Source: Rhizophagus irregularis
Taxonomy: Eukaryota
Assembly (NCBI RefSeq): GCF_026210795.1
Contig: NC_089436.1
Location: 248,001 to 312,000 of the forward strand
DNA: 64,000 nt
Direction of reading: 5' to 3'
Shown: positions 45,114-58,079 of the stretch, piece by piece
Layout of the letters: the number at the start of each line of letters is the position of its first letter
How positions within the stretch are numbered: the stretch's first letter is position 1
The notes under the pieces: model-generated
The model's input: the letters and a program-made list of their open reading frames with translations, nothing else
Told to the model about the DNA's origin: nothing
The model's database searches: none
Program-made: the position numbers and the translations under genes

Positions 45114-46911
45114 TTAATACTGACCTTAGTAAGAACCTGTAAACACCTCTCAGTTGAGGGTCCCAGTATCTTTAAACTTTCAGTAGGATGGTTTACATTA
45201 AAGGCAGATGTAAATATGGTAACCAGATCTGATATATCTGCTTCAGTTAGAAGATTTGAATCATTTGATGTAATTTTTAGATCTGAGGCATTAATTACTC
45301 TTTACCAGATCGGACTAAGAATTAGTTAAGAATTGGTCAGGATTTGGCATAACAAAAAGTAAAAATAACTTCTTATATATATCAAAAAAAAATACTTTAA
45401 TGACGATTTATATCTGGTAGACAGATCCATTTGTGAAACTAAAAAATTTTGCCAGTTTATTACTTTTTTTAGCCAGATTGGTTCTGGTTCATCGAACTTT
45501 TAACCCATTAGCTAAAGTTTGAAAATATCATTAGTAACCTGTATATGCATATAAAAGATTTAAGAAAAAATGCTTTTATATGCTAAATATAATAAAATGT
45601 AATTATCTTAGACATGAAAGTTGATGGATTGAACTAACGTTCAGGAGTTCGTTATTGAGCCTGAAACTGTGATTCTGTGAATCATGTGACATCACACTTT
45701 CCTCTTTATCACTTTCATTTAGTTTGATCTTTTTCTACTATGAACCAAATTCTATATCTGATTCTTCAACTTCTTCAATCTCGTTTTCTCATTTTTTTGG
45801 AATTTGTAATTTTACATCTTCTAATAAGACTTCCTGTTCAATTGCATATTGAAGATATTTCTCTTACTTATGTTTTTCTGTCCAATTAGTAATCTAAGAG
45901 ATATGAAAATATATTTCTGAATTTATTATTATAAATAGTGACAACTTTTATGTGAATACCGTATCTTGATCACCTCACCCTTCTCATTATCTAGAAATGT
46001 CATGTTCTACTCCAAACAAATTGGATGATTTCAGAAGAACTCAGAAAGAAGTTTTCGATCTCGTTATAACTAGAGTTGACTGTATATGATCATGGTCATT
46101 ATGTCACATGCGATTTTCCTACTAATGTTGTTAGAATGTATTGCACGTTCATTATTAAGGATATTAGAAAGATGTTATGTTGGAATCAAGTATTGGTATA
46201 GGAATATTCGAAGAACTTAAAAAAAACCTGAAATAAGAATCACTTGGAACAGGAACTTTTGGCATTGCCGTACCACCTATAAGTGAAAAATAATCTTCAA
46301 ATGGGTTGGCTTTGTTTCATGTGAACATATAGTCAATTGTGAGTCAAATAGCATTATTTATCAACCTTATTTGAAAAACTATTTGTCATATCAAATAGAG
46401 AAATAGAAGAACTCTTAGACAGAAAAGGAAAAGTAAATCTATAACTAGGGAAGATGAAATTGAAGCTGAGAAATTAAAAGAACTTGATTGTGTAATAGAA
46501 AGAGACTTATCTTAAAGAAGAACTTCCTCTTGAGAGAAAGTCGGGAAAATTTCATTGGTCATGAAACCACTACTATTAGCTTTAGATATTTTTGAAAGGC
46601 ATGAGAAATGATTACCAACTATTTGGTTTGATCGCTAATTAGTATTTAATTTAAACCTAAAGAATTTGATTTAGATGACTCAGGAGCAAGTATTATGGAT
46701 AAAAAAGAAAAGCTTTTGGAATCACTTTTTATATTGTTGTCTTGAGGTATTAAATGTAGAAATTTATTTATCTCCTACTTTTAATCCTGATAATTGACAA
46801 TAAATGTTGATGTAGTTTATTGCCTAGTTTTAAAAATTTTACAAAGCATCAAGTGTCATATTAACTATGTATACAGTTATTTATAAATAGTTATACAGTA
46901 TATTATCTGGA

Positions 46912-47195
46912 CACTGAAGTCCGTTTCATCAAAACCCATTTCGCCAAAGCAATTCTGCTGAAGGGATGTTTCAATGAAATGCCATTTCGCCGAAATGCCA
47001 TTTTTCCAAATGGACATTTTACTGAATGGCCATTTTACAAGGAGATTTCATTACTAATATTTTTGAACGATTTGGAAAAAGATTTGGCAAAATGTTTATT
47101 TGACAAAACGCCCATTCGAAGAAATAATCCCTTCAGCGAAACTTCTCTTTGGCGAAATGGCATTGGAAATAGACTTCAGTGAAACGTACGTAATC
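46912..47195. mobile_element. Small MITE-like remnant
   Basis: CACTGAAGTC / GACTTCAGTG inverted pair and repeated TTCGCCGAA-like motifs; no clear TSD. Confidence 0.45.
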
Positions 47196-48453
47196 ATAGT
47201 CATAATGATTTTTTTGAAATTATTTTACTGCTTCTAATTTACAATAAAGCATTATTCTTGAAATACCGCATGTGCTTATATAAATAGTGCTAAATTTTAT
47301 TATGAATTTTAATATAAAGTGATCACTTAAAATACTGGAAATATTATGCAAATAGCAATTTCAGTAATAAGTAATTATTTTAAAAAAATATAATAATGTT
47401 TTAAGTTTTTCTTAATACTCAATAATTCAGTTGCAATTGTTTATAAACTTTTGATAATCTTACTTTTAGTTTGTATAAAAAGGGTGAATTTTTTTGAATA
47501 GATTATATAAATTAATTCAGGGTCAAAAATTTGTTGTAAGTGTAATAGTTTAATATTAATAATTTATGCAAATTTCTTAATCACAGATCATTATTTATGT
47601 AAAGGCAAAAATTAGAAATTTTAACATTTCAACTTTATAGGAAACAATCGACATTATTTGATATTCCAAGAATAAATTTCTTATCTCGATTAGAATCTCA
47701 CAAACATAAATTGCTAGTATCTTATCAATAATATATTATGACATTATACTTTCAGATTTGAGTTTTTGAAAAATTATTGCATATAGTTTTAGTGTATAAT
47801 TATCGCAGGTCCCATCAAATTTGATGAAATCACATGTTTTTAAAACCTTAGGTGTTAGCCAGTAATGGACGCTTGGTATAATTTCAATTATACTTACCAT
47901 CTATACTGAATCCATCCCATGATTCCCATCACATCATATTCCAATATACTCCCAATTCTAAACCCTAAGTCCCATATAACAGATATCAAGTTATTAGTCA
48001 TATTTAATGTAAATAAATGCATAAAATCTTCATCTTAATAACTGTATAGTCAAAGATAAATTTTAGTAATTTTAGTGAACGCTCATTTCTAAATTAATTA
48101 AATTTTATTTTTGATGTTACGACAAGAACAGAGTACATGTAGTGTACAAAACAGAGATTGCTAACCCTTAGAAAAGGGCAGAATACATCAATATATAAGT
48201 TACTAACTAATCCCAAGAAACCCAGAAATCGACCCGCCAATTTGTAGAAGACTTATCAATTGATTTGGCTGAAAAGTGTAAAATTTCATTTACAGCAAAT
48301 TTCAAAATATACGGAACACTTGAGAAATTTGATTGTCGGGTTGTCGGGTAGCCGGGTTACTCGGCAGTAGGTTGTTTATTAGAAAAGTATAAATAACACG
48401 TGACGAGTATAATGAATAGTAGTATATCAGATTATATAATAGGGAATCCTTAA

Positions 48454-49325
48454 CCTGTACCCCGGGTATACGATATTATTCTGTTCCCCCTTTTTCTTAA
48501 ATATGATTGGCTCAAAATTGTAGCCACAAATTTCGTGTAACTTTATCTTAGAAAATATTTTATTTCGCGAAAAAAAATGAACGAAAAAAAAAACAAGAGC
48601 GAAAAAAATTTAATTACACATATAACAAGAAAGAAAAAATTTTTTATAACACTTAATATATTTTATTCAGTTTTTTCAGTTTAATAATTTTATTTTGTAT
48701 TTTATTAAACTTTAATAAACAAACACAAAATTTTCATAGTAAAACTTGTATATACACAGTAAATTACTAAATTTTATTACAAAAATGTTGGTCAACTCTA
48801 TGAATACTAACTCAGACATAACGAAAATTAATATTTAAATACTTTTACCGTATATTCATTAAACAGTTATACTTATTCAAAATTAGTTATGTTTGGACAA
48901 GATGTTTAAACTACGCGACAAAGTATCTGTATAAAATATAACAAAAAATTAAATATAACTTCACAAATATTCACATTTAACTTGATAAAATTAAATACTT
49001 AATAGTCCCATATCTGCAGAACAACTTTATTTAACCCTTAAGTACGCGTTTACTTTGGATAAGCTGTTGTAATTATATTAATAAAGTTAAAAAACAAGCG
49101 CGCACTGTAATTTTTACTATAAAAACTCTAGTAATTTGATAAAATTTTAAATTAATCATATAACTTCATACCTTTATACCTGTCAAACGATTTCATAGAA
49201 ATAAGAAAAAGTGAAAGAAAAAGAGAGAAGAGAGTGTATATACAGTTTATTGCACGATAAACAAATAAAATCAGTGTGTGACGTAAGGGGGAACAGGATA
49301 AGTAACGTATATCCCTAGGAACAGG
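48454..49325. mobile_element. piggyBac-like non-autonomous element
   Basis: TTAA at 48450-48453 and 49326-49329; ~38-bp imperfect TIR CCTGT...CTGTTCCCCCT. Confidence 0.8.
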
Positions 49326-49676
49326 TTAAGCATATCAGCTAATTATCGAAATTGGATCAAATTTTAAACCCCAAATCATAATAATTTTGATCAACGTTAC
49401 ACTACATCAATTAGTAAAAAAAAAATCAAATGATCAAATTTAGCGAACTCACCCTAAAATAAAAAAAAAACATATGAAAAAACGCGTCAAACCGATGAGC
49501 AGAGCCAAAAACCGATGAGCTTGAGTAGCAGAAGGTAACTGGCGTCTCGCGATTTCAATGTTGACCATTACTAATGGTAACTTTTAAAAATTTATAAAAT
49601 AATATTTATAAAGTATTTAAAAAGTATTCTTATCGTTATGCTTAACTTTTCAGATTATTGTAGTGGTAATATTAAT

Positions 49677-50312
49677 ATGTCAAGCACTATTCCACTCATA
49701 ACTACATCAGAATTTTCCTGTTCCGCTTGTCAAAAAATATTCAAGAAGCAAAGCGGACTTTCACGGCATTTGACTATTGTGAAAAAATATAACATTCCGC
49801 GAAATAATTTAGATAATTTGTCAGAAACAAATAATAAAAATTTTAAAAATATCCTGGTTTATTTAATTCATTGCAAACTTCCAAATGGGTTCAAAAAGGG
49901 AGGTCGCCAATTAGTATCTCTTGCTTGTACTGAGCATCAGTTTTTTGATATTTTCAAAGGATATATTCACCATCATAGCAATAAAAATATTTACAAATGT
50001 ATTTTCCGAGGCACTATTGGATATCAAACATTAAGTGAAATCTTGAATAATCCATTATGGGGTTGAAGATTTTATGATGAAGAACAACAAACCTACGTTG
50101 TCTTGTTTGATGATCCGCCTCAACATTTAAAAAATAATCCATTAGCTATTGCGGCCAATTGTGCTGAAGGTATAACCACTAAAAGGCGCAAATCAAAATA
50201 TAATCCTGGAGAAGTTACTATTGAATGGAAGATTAAAGCTAAAAAGGATGCAAAAGAAAATTATTGTGAAGCGGGTTTTATATATATGCATTTTTGGGTA
50301 AAACAAATTTAA
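49677..50312 (+). pseudogene. C2H2-like zinc-finger protein, one in-frame stop
   Basis: CSACQKIFKKQSGLSRHL; TGA at 50064-50066 in frame with the 50103-50312 ORF. Confidence 0.6.
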
Positions 50313-50582
50313 ATAGATATTTTTATAGAATTTTTAAATTGTTTTATTAGTGGGGAAATTTATTAAAATTTTTTATCACACGTATGTATATATAATAAAT
50401 AAAAATTGACTTCTAAATATATTTTAAGTACAACGGCAAAAATAAATTTAAACTTATTATAGAGTGATGCGAATTTTGTCATACTGATTTATAAATAAAT
50501 ACACAATATTTTTTTTTTATCGCAATAATTGCCAAAAAATGTTAATATATTTACAAAAATATTCTATACAAAACATTAAAAT

Positions 50583-52852
50583 CTATAAAATATGAATATA
50601 TTGAGGTTTAGGATATGAAAGAGGAATATTATTTTGAGTATAAAAAAAAAGCTGATTTTCATGTTCCATAATCTCTCGAATAGCTGAAGTTTTATTTTGA
50701 AACTTTCCACCATTCTTAAGAGTTTTACGAAAAAAATAAGAAACATGATTATGATTTTTTTTTTCGACAGCACTGCACGAAAAAGAATTTAATCCCCACC
50801 TTTGATGTTTAAGCATAAATTCCCAAATATGCGACACTAAGACATGAATATAAGGAGTTAAATCTGAGGATCGGTAAAGTCCTTGTACTAAAATAATATT
50901 AGTCTCAGGATTCACCACAGTTTTTTTTAAAAATAACTCATACCATTCTTTTGCTTTCAAGCGAAAATAGTGTGGATTTGTTTCTCTTTCTCCCAAAAGG
51001 TCATACAATTCAGCAAATCCATTCCATAAGCTTCTAATTAATGCAGCACGTTCTGGATCAAAAAGCTTAGCCAAATTAAATTTTCGAAGAACACAAAGCT
51101 TATCATTTCCCATCAGGGAAGTATAACACCAATTGTCAGTATCACGAATCTTCCAAAATTCAAAACGGATTTTTAAGGTTTCCATCTCTTTAATTATAAT
51201 ATTTCAAGTTATATCATTAAATAATCCCTCATTTTTGATTTCTTGTAGCACTAATTCCCATAAACGATCAGTAATACGCAACATAATATGAAGTTTATCT
51301 GGCACATAATGGTCAAGTGGAATCATATTAAAAAGTGGAGGTGAGTGATGACCTGGATATGCTTTTGGATTTTCATTTAAAATACTCATCTTTTTACTAA
51401 TTATCCATTCAGTTTGCCTATCTCCACGTTGATTCTTAGCTATCTCACACCATGGACAAAAATAATTGGAGTTTGCCGCGTTAAAACCCAAGCAGGTGGC
51501 AAGAAACTTCCAATCAGAGCTAAAATAAAGCTTAAAGTTCCAAACTATATTATCAATGACCATTCCAACACTACTCAGCTCTTGCAATTCTCGAATAAGA
51601 GTATCTGCTGCAATTTTTAAGGTTGAATAATTTTCAGTTCCTGGAAAAAGAACAACTGTATAATGGTAATTTGGCTCAAAAAGTTTTGCTGAATCATCTA
51701 ATAATGCTACAGTGATCATAACGTGTTTTACCTTTCGTCCAACGTTACGACCATCACCAGAGATACGAAGATGAATAATTGGCGATGCTGGATCTAATTT
51801 TTCATTTTGAATATATGCTGGTACTATATATTCAAGAATTTTTTTAATACTCCGATATGCACCTTTACCAATTGCACTGTTAACTTGCTCAACAATTATC
51901 GGATCAGTTATATCAGGTTCTTCTGAAAAATCGGGTGTAATAGTACTAGGAGTTAAGTCAACAAAATTAATTGGTATTAATTGTTCCATGTGAGCATCAA
52001 TCTCCTGACGAGTTTGAGAAACAGCATACTCCCGAGGTAATTTTGATTCCATAGCTGCAAAATAGCGATATGCATCACGTGGAACATTTTCTACATCTTG
52101 TATACGAACCACTGATTGCAATTTTTGTTTTTGCTTATTAGGGTTTTTTTCTCCAAATGTTGTATAATAATCCTTATTTTGTACAGTAAATTCCAATGTC
52201 TTTAAGACAACGCGGTCTTTAGGATTGTAGTAATTTTGAATTGAATTTTCAAAGTTTATTTGTGCACATTTTGCAAGACCTTTAGCATGTCTGATTTGTG
52301 TAGTTTTACTTGATTCATCATGTAGTTTTAATGCCCATGGTTTGCTTTTGCGATTTCTATCAATACATTTTAATTGAAGTCCATAGAGATGAACTCCAGA
52401 AACTGCAGTTTTCTTATTTGGAGTTATTATCTGATAAAATAATTACATATTAAATCATTTTCTTTGCGAGCTTATACAAAAAATAAAAATATAATTGAAT
52501 TAAAACTTACATTATGTAATTCAACGGAAGCATCAAATGTAGATTGAACTGAAACAACTTGGTGCTGAAAATTATTTCCAAAACAAATTAAGTAATGTGG
52601 ATTACCTTCTATATAATATATGGAACATTGAATAGTTTGACAGTTATTAGACCGGCCCCAGGTAGTTTCAATAATATAATTGTCAGGAACAGGAAAATAA
52701 TTAGGTGCTTCTGTAAACTTCAATTGCGCAACTGGTGGGTAGACACCTTCTTGAATAACAGTATAGTTAAATTTCCGGTCACCATAATATATTATTTCAG
52801 GTGAAGCAGGATAGTTTTCCTGCTCATAAGGTCTTTGCTTAGAATTTGACAT
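50583..52852 (-). pseudogene. RAG1/Transib-like DDE transposase with FYR-like N-terminus; 2 exons, one in-frame stop
   Basis: Exons 52852-52511 and 52430-50583 (phase-0 GT-AG intron); ISGDG, SSDWK, CPWC, DKLH, PYIHVLVSH, VEKKNH; TGA at 51206-51204. Confidence 0.7.
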
Positions 52853-53494
52853 TGAAATACAGTAAAACGCGTAAAATAAAAAAGTTGACATTAAAAAATT
52901 GTGCAACAGATCGCTTTAGTACTATGAATAACGGAAAATCTGCATAGTAACTTTTGGTGACGCTAAATGTGTCAGATGATTGACCATCATTATTATTGGC
53001 TATAAAAATTTGGGGTTATCTCAAAAATTTAGGGTTACGGTGTAGATTAGCGCATATGGATTCCCCTATATAATAACCTACTGCCGAGTAACCCGGCTAC
53101 CCGACAACTCGACAATCAAATTTCTCAAGTGTCCCGTATATTTTGAAATTTGCTGTAACTGGAATTGGATTAGCCGATCGGAATTTGCACATGCGTCAAA
53201 AACATCAAGTCTTATTATTCAAATTTTCTTAATAATTCTGCCTGAAATTAAATAATCTGCAAGAATTGCCTTTTGGGTCATCATAACATTATCCAGGTTC
53301 CGGGATATTTTTAACCCGGATATTTATCCCGCGATATCCGAAAAAATAATTATCCGGTTGAATCGAAACACTACATCTGTGCGACGTTCCTTAAATTACA
53401 TAAGGGTGCATGAAACGATTGAAACGAATACTCTCATAATAACTTTCGATGAAACTTTTATAATAAATTACAACGAATCAATTATTAAAGAAAA

Positions 53495-56400
53495 ATGTCA
53501 ATTAAAAATTCGTATGCTGATATTAACTGGTTAGAAAATTTCGTTACTAAAGAATGTATCACATGTTATGAGTATTCGGACTTCAAAAATGTACAACAAA
53601 TAGGAAAAGGTTCTTTTGGAAATGTCGTGCGTGTTAATTGGAAAACCACTAACCATTCATTCGCTTTGAAGTCTTTTGATAATGGTGAAATAACTCTTAA
53701 GGAAGTTGTCAATGAGGTATCGTATGAGAATAATTTAATTATTTTAATAATTATAAATTATGAAAATTAAAATAATGTTACTGTATGTATATAAATACTC
53801 AAGTTAAAATTACATCGGAGCGTTGATCTTCATAAGAATATTATACGAATATTCGGAATTACAAGAGAAGAAACTTGTAAGTATTAGATAAGATCTTTTA
53901 AAAATAATTATTTATTATTTATAATTTTTTTTTTTATCACTCAAGATGAAGTTCATTCAATAAGATATTCATTCGTTTTGGAATACGCTGATAATGGTAC
54001 ACTTAATGATTATTTATCTAAGCATTTTAATGAACTTGATTGGAGCGACAAAAATCAATTAGCATTACAATTGGCAAGTGCTGTAGCGTTTATACACGAT
54101 TGTAACATAATTCACCGTGATTTGGTAATGTATAATTTATCTAATTTTCAAAATTTGAATTATCAGTTATAGTTTAAATAAATTAACCATAATTTTATTT
54201 AAAGCATGCAAATAATATACTTATACTTCAGAAAAATATTAAATTAGCAGACTTTGGTTTATCAAAAAAAATCGACGAAAAATCAAATAATACATCAAAA
54301 ATCTTTGGTGTAATTCCTTTTATAGATCCAAGAAGTCTGGATAATCGAAATTATAAATTAAATAAAAAATCTGACGTATATAGTATTGGAGTTTTGATGT
54401 GGCAAATTTCAAGTGGATATAAACCTTTTTATGATGTTGGTTATGATGGAAGATTGATATTGGATATATTAAATGGAAAGAGAGAAGAAATTATTGATGG
54501 AACTTACGTTGAATATAGTAATTTATATAGAAGTAAGTATGATTGAAATGTTTGCGTTATTTTTTGAATGTTAATTTTGTAATCTTTATTGTGTCTGTTT
54601 TTTTTTGGAATAGAATGTTGGGAAGATAATCCAAGTGAACGTCCAGATATACAAAAAGTTGTATCAACTCTTAAATCAATAATTTCTCATCAACAAAATA
54701 ATTCAAACATTGAGATTACCGCAAATGAAATAAATAAAAATTATACGATTGGAAATCATCAAATGGATCCGAAATCTAATGATGAAATGTTAGATATAAA
54801 TAAAAGTCTAGTAATATCAGATTTACAAAATCACAATTCTGTTCAATCATGTACATCATATCAAGAAATGGATATAAATAAGAGCCTATCAAGTTCACAA
54901 TATAAAACTTCTATTCATTATAGTTTATCAAATATATCAAACCGAATAACTTCATTAAATGTATCAATTGACGATAATAATGACAATATTATAGATAATA
55001 TTAATAATAAAGTTGCTGATGAATTAATTAAATATGTAATAAAAAATCATAATAGAGGTATTACTTTCGACCAAATTAAACAATTTATTAACCAACAAAT
55101 ATTGGAACTAGATCATGCAATAGAAAAACTCATAAAATGGGTATTAAAAAATCAGACTAAATCACAGTATATTTATTTTCTTGGATTATTTTATTATTAT
55201 AATATTGGTGTAGAAGAAGATAGTGTTAAAGCTTTCAAATTATTTTTGAAAGCATCTGAAGATAATTTTTCAATAGCTCAAGTTTATTTAGCTAAATGCT
55301 ATAATGATGGATATGGAACTGGATGTAATAAAAAGTTGGCATTCAATTGGTACAAAAAATCTGTAGAAAATGGAAGCATTATTGGACAATTTTATCTAGG
55401 ATATTGTTATGAATTAGGTATTGGAACTCATAATGATGAAAAAATGTCAGTCTATTGGTATAAAAAAGCTGCTAATAATAGAAATACAATAGCAAAATTT
55501 TATCTTGCAGAATGTTATAGATTAGGGAAAGGAGTTGAAAAAAATGAAACTAAAGCATTTAAATATTATGAAGAATTAGCAAAAAAAGAAGTTGCAGATG
55601 CACAATTTCAACTTGGAAATTGTTTTTATTATGGAATTGGAATTGAATTGGATAAGGAACAAGCTTTATATTGGTACAGAAAATCAACAATAAATGGAAA
55701 TATAGCTGCTGAATATATTCTTAAAAAATACTATAATGAAAAAATAAAAAATAAAGCAAGGAATAAAAAAATAATTAAATTTAAGGAAGTAAATCAACTT
55801 GGATTATATTATATTGGAAAAATATTAATAAAAACGAATTATGAAAAATCATTTTATTATTTTCAAAAATCAGCAGAAAATGGATATAAAGTTGCACAAC
55901 ATGATTTGGGTAAATGTTACAGAGATGGTACAGGTGTAAGAAAAGATGAAAGAAAAGCTTTTGAATTATTTAAAAAATCAGCAGAACAAGGATATATTGA
56001 AGCAAAATTTCGATTTGGTCATTGTTATGATTTAGGAATTGGAACTGAAATTAATAAAGTAAAAGCATTTGAATTATATAAAGTAGCTGGTGCAAAAGGA
56101 AATGATGATGCACAGTTTAATTTAGGTTTATTGTATCAATTAGGAGAAGGAGTTGATAAAGATGAAAAAAAAGCGTTTGAGTTGATTAAGAAATTAGTTA
56201 AAAAAGGATATTTAAAAGCTCAATTTGCACTTGGATATTATTATTCAAATGGAATTGGAACTGAAATTAATAAAGTAAAAGCATTTGAATTATATAAAGT
56301 AGCTGCTGAAAAAGGAAATAATGATGCACAATTTAGTTTAAGTGTATTATATCAGTCAGGAGAAGGAGTTAATAAAGACGAGAAAATGGCATTTGAATTA

Positions 56401-57009
56401 ATTAAAAAATTAGCTGAAAAAGAATATTTAAAAGCTCAATCTGAGCTTGGATATTATTATTCAAATGGAATTGGAACTGAAATTAATAAAGTAAAAGCAT
56501 TTGAATTATATAAAATAGCTGCAGAAAAAGGAGATGATGATGCACAATTTAATTTAAGTTTATTATATCAATTAGGAGAAGGAGTTAATAAAGATGAGAA
56601 AATGGCATTTGAATTAATTAAAAAATTAGCCGAAAAAGAATACTTGAATGCACAATTTGCACTTGGATATTTTTATAGTAAAGGAATTGGAACTGATATT
56701 AATAAAGGACAAGCCTTTGAATTATATAAAATAGTTGCAGAAAAAGGAGTCAATTATGCACAATATAATTTAGGTTTATTATATCAATCAGGAGAAGGAA
56801 TTGACAAAGATGAAAAAAAAGCATTTGAGCTAATTAAAAAATTAGCTGAAAAAGATTACTTAAAAGCCCAATCTAAACTTGGATATTATTATGAAAAAGG
56901 AATCGGAACTGATATTAATATGGAACAAGCATTTAAATTATATACAATTGCTGCAGAAAAAGGATGTGATGATGCAAAACATAATTTAAGCTTATTATAT
57001 CAAACATAG
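53495..57009 (+). CDS. Tyrosine-kinase-like protein kinase with C-terminal Sel1-like repeats; 5 exons
   Basis: GKGSFG, ALK, HRDL|HANN, DFG, SDVYSIG; approximate exons 53495-53716, 53803-53876, 53946-54124, 54205-54532, 54614-57009; many AQFxLGxxYxxGxG repeats. Confidence 0.88.
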
Positions 57010-58079
57010 AAAGAGATGATAAAGATGAAAAAAAAAAGCATTTGAATTAATTGAAAAATTAGCTGAAAAAGGATACTTAGATGCTTAGTTTATATTTAGG
57101 CATTATTGTAAAATGGGTTATACAAAGGGGACGCATTTAATTTATCGACAAATTGCTTCACTGACAAATGATTTGCTAACAAGCTTTTGTTAGCAGAATC
57201 TTCCTACTGACATTTACAGTATTCATAATTAATTAAATGTATTTTTATTTTTATTTTTTTTTAAAAAACAGTATTTTTATGTAATTATTAAGATATGTAC
57301 TATATCTGCAAAATTTTTTATTTATTACTACATAACATATTTTTTTTTTGACTTAGATCGGTTTTCAATTTTGTTAACTTTGTCAAAATACAGTACATGA
57401 AATAAAATAAATACAGGAAAACCAGCTTTTAATGTTAATGGATAATATTTACTATGTCTACTTACTTTTTTATTTCAGCTAATAATAATAAAATATTACT
57501 GTCGGCGAAATGGCTGTCAATAAAATATTTGAAGGAGAAGGGATCCTATAAGTGAAACATATGTCGGTGAAGTGATCGTTGGCAAAGTAGTTTTTGGTAG
57601 GATGATTATTACAATTAGAGGCTCTAAAAAAAAGGAAATAGCACAATTCTTAAGAAGAAAGCAATATAAGTGAATGACAAGTAGTTATATTAGTTTGTAA
57701 ATTTGTATAAAAGATTTTTGCAAAATTTTATTTATTTATTGTTATAAAAAATGACAAGTTTAATTCTCTAATTGATTATTATTCTATGTAGTTTTCAAAA
57801 CGGCACATATATATATTAACATAATTTTTTTTCCAGTTATAAAGTAATTACCCAAATGCTGAAAATATTATGCAAAATGGCAAGTTCATTAAACAAGAAA
57901 AGTAAATATTTAAAAATAGTATAATAATTATCTTTTTCCTATCTCAATAAAGAAAAAAAAATAATTCAGTTGCGATTGCTTATAAACTTTAATAATCTTA
58001 ATTTTGCAAGAAAAATGGGAAGTATTTTTTTTTATGAATAAATTAATTTAGGGTTGAAATTTGTTGTAAGTACAATACA

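Larger units (their letters stand above)
48441..53066. mobile_element. DNA transposon with RAG1/Transib-like transposase and convergent second gene
   Basis: Ends AGGGAATCC / GGATTCCCC; 8-bp TSD TATATAAT at 48433-48440 and 53067-53074. Confidence 0.75.
48293..53155. mobile_element. Tc1/mariner-type MITE split by nested insertions
   Basis: ~83-bp inverted repeats (48293-48375, 53075-53155), CAG...CTG ends, TA on both sides. Confidence 0.75.

Noticed and set aside
43190..46760. Degraded coding-like fragments and lone Tc1/pogo-like ends (~43182, ~46082)
   Set aside because: Too decayed to assign product or boundaries
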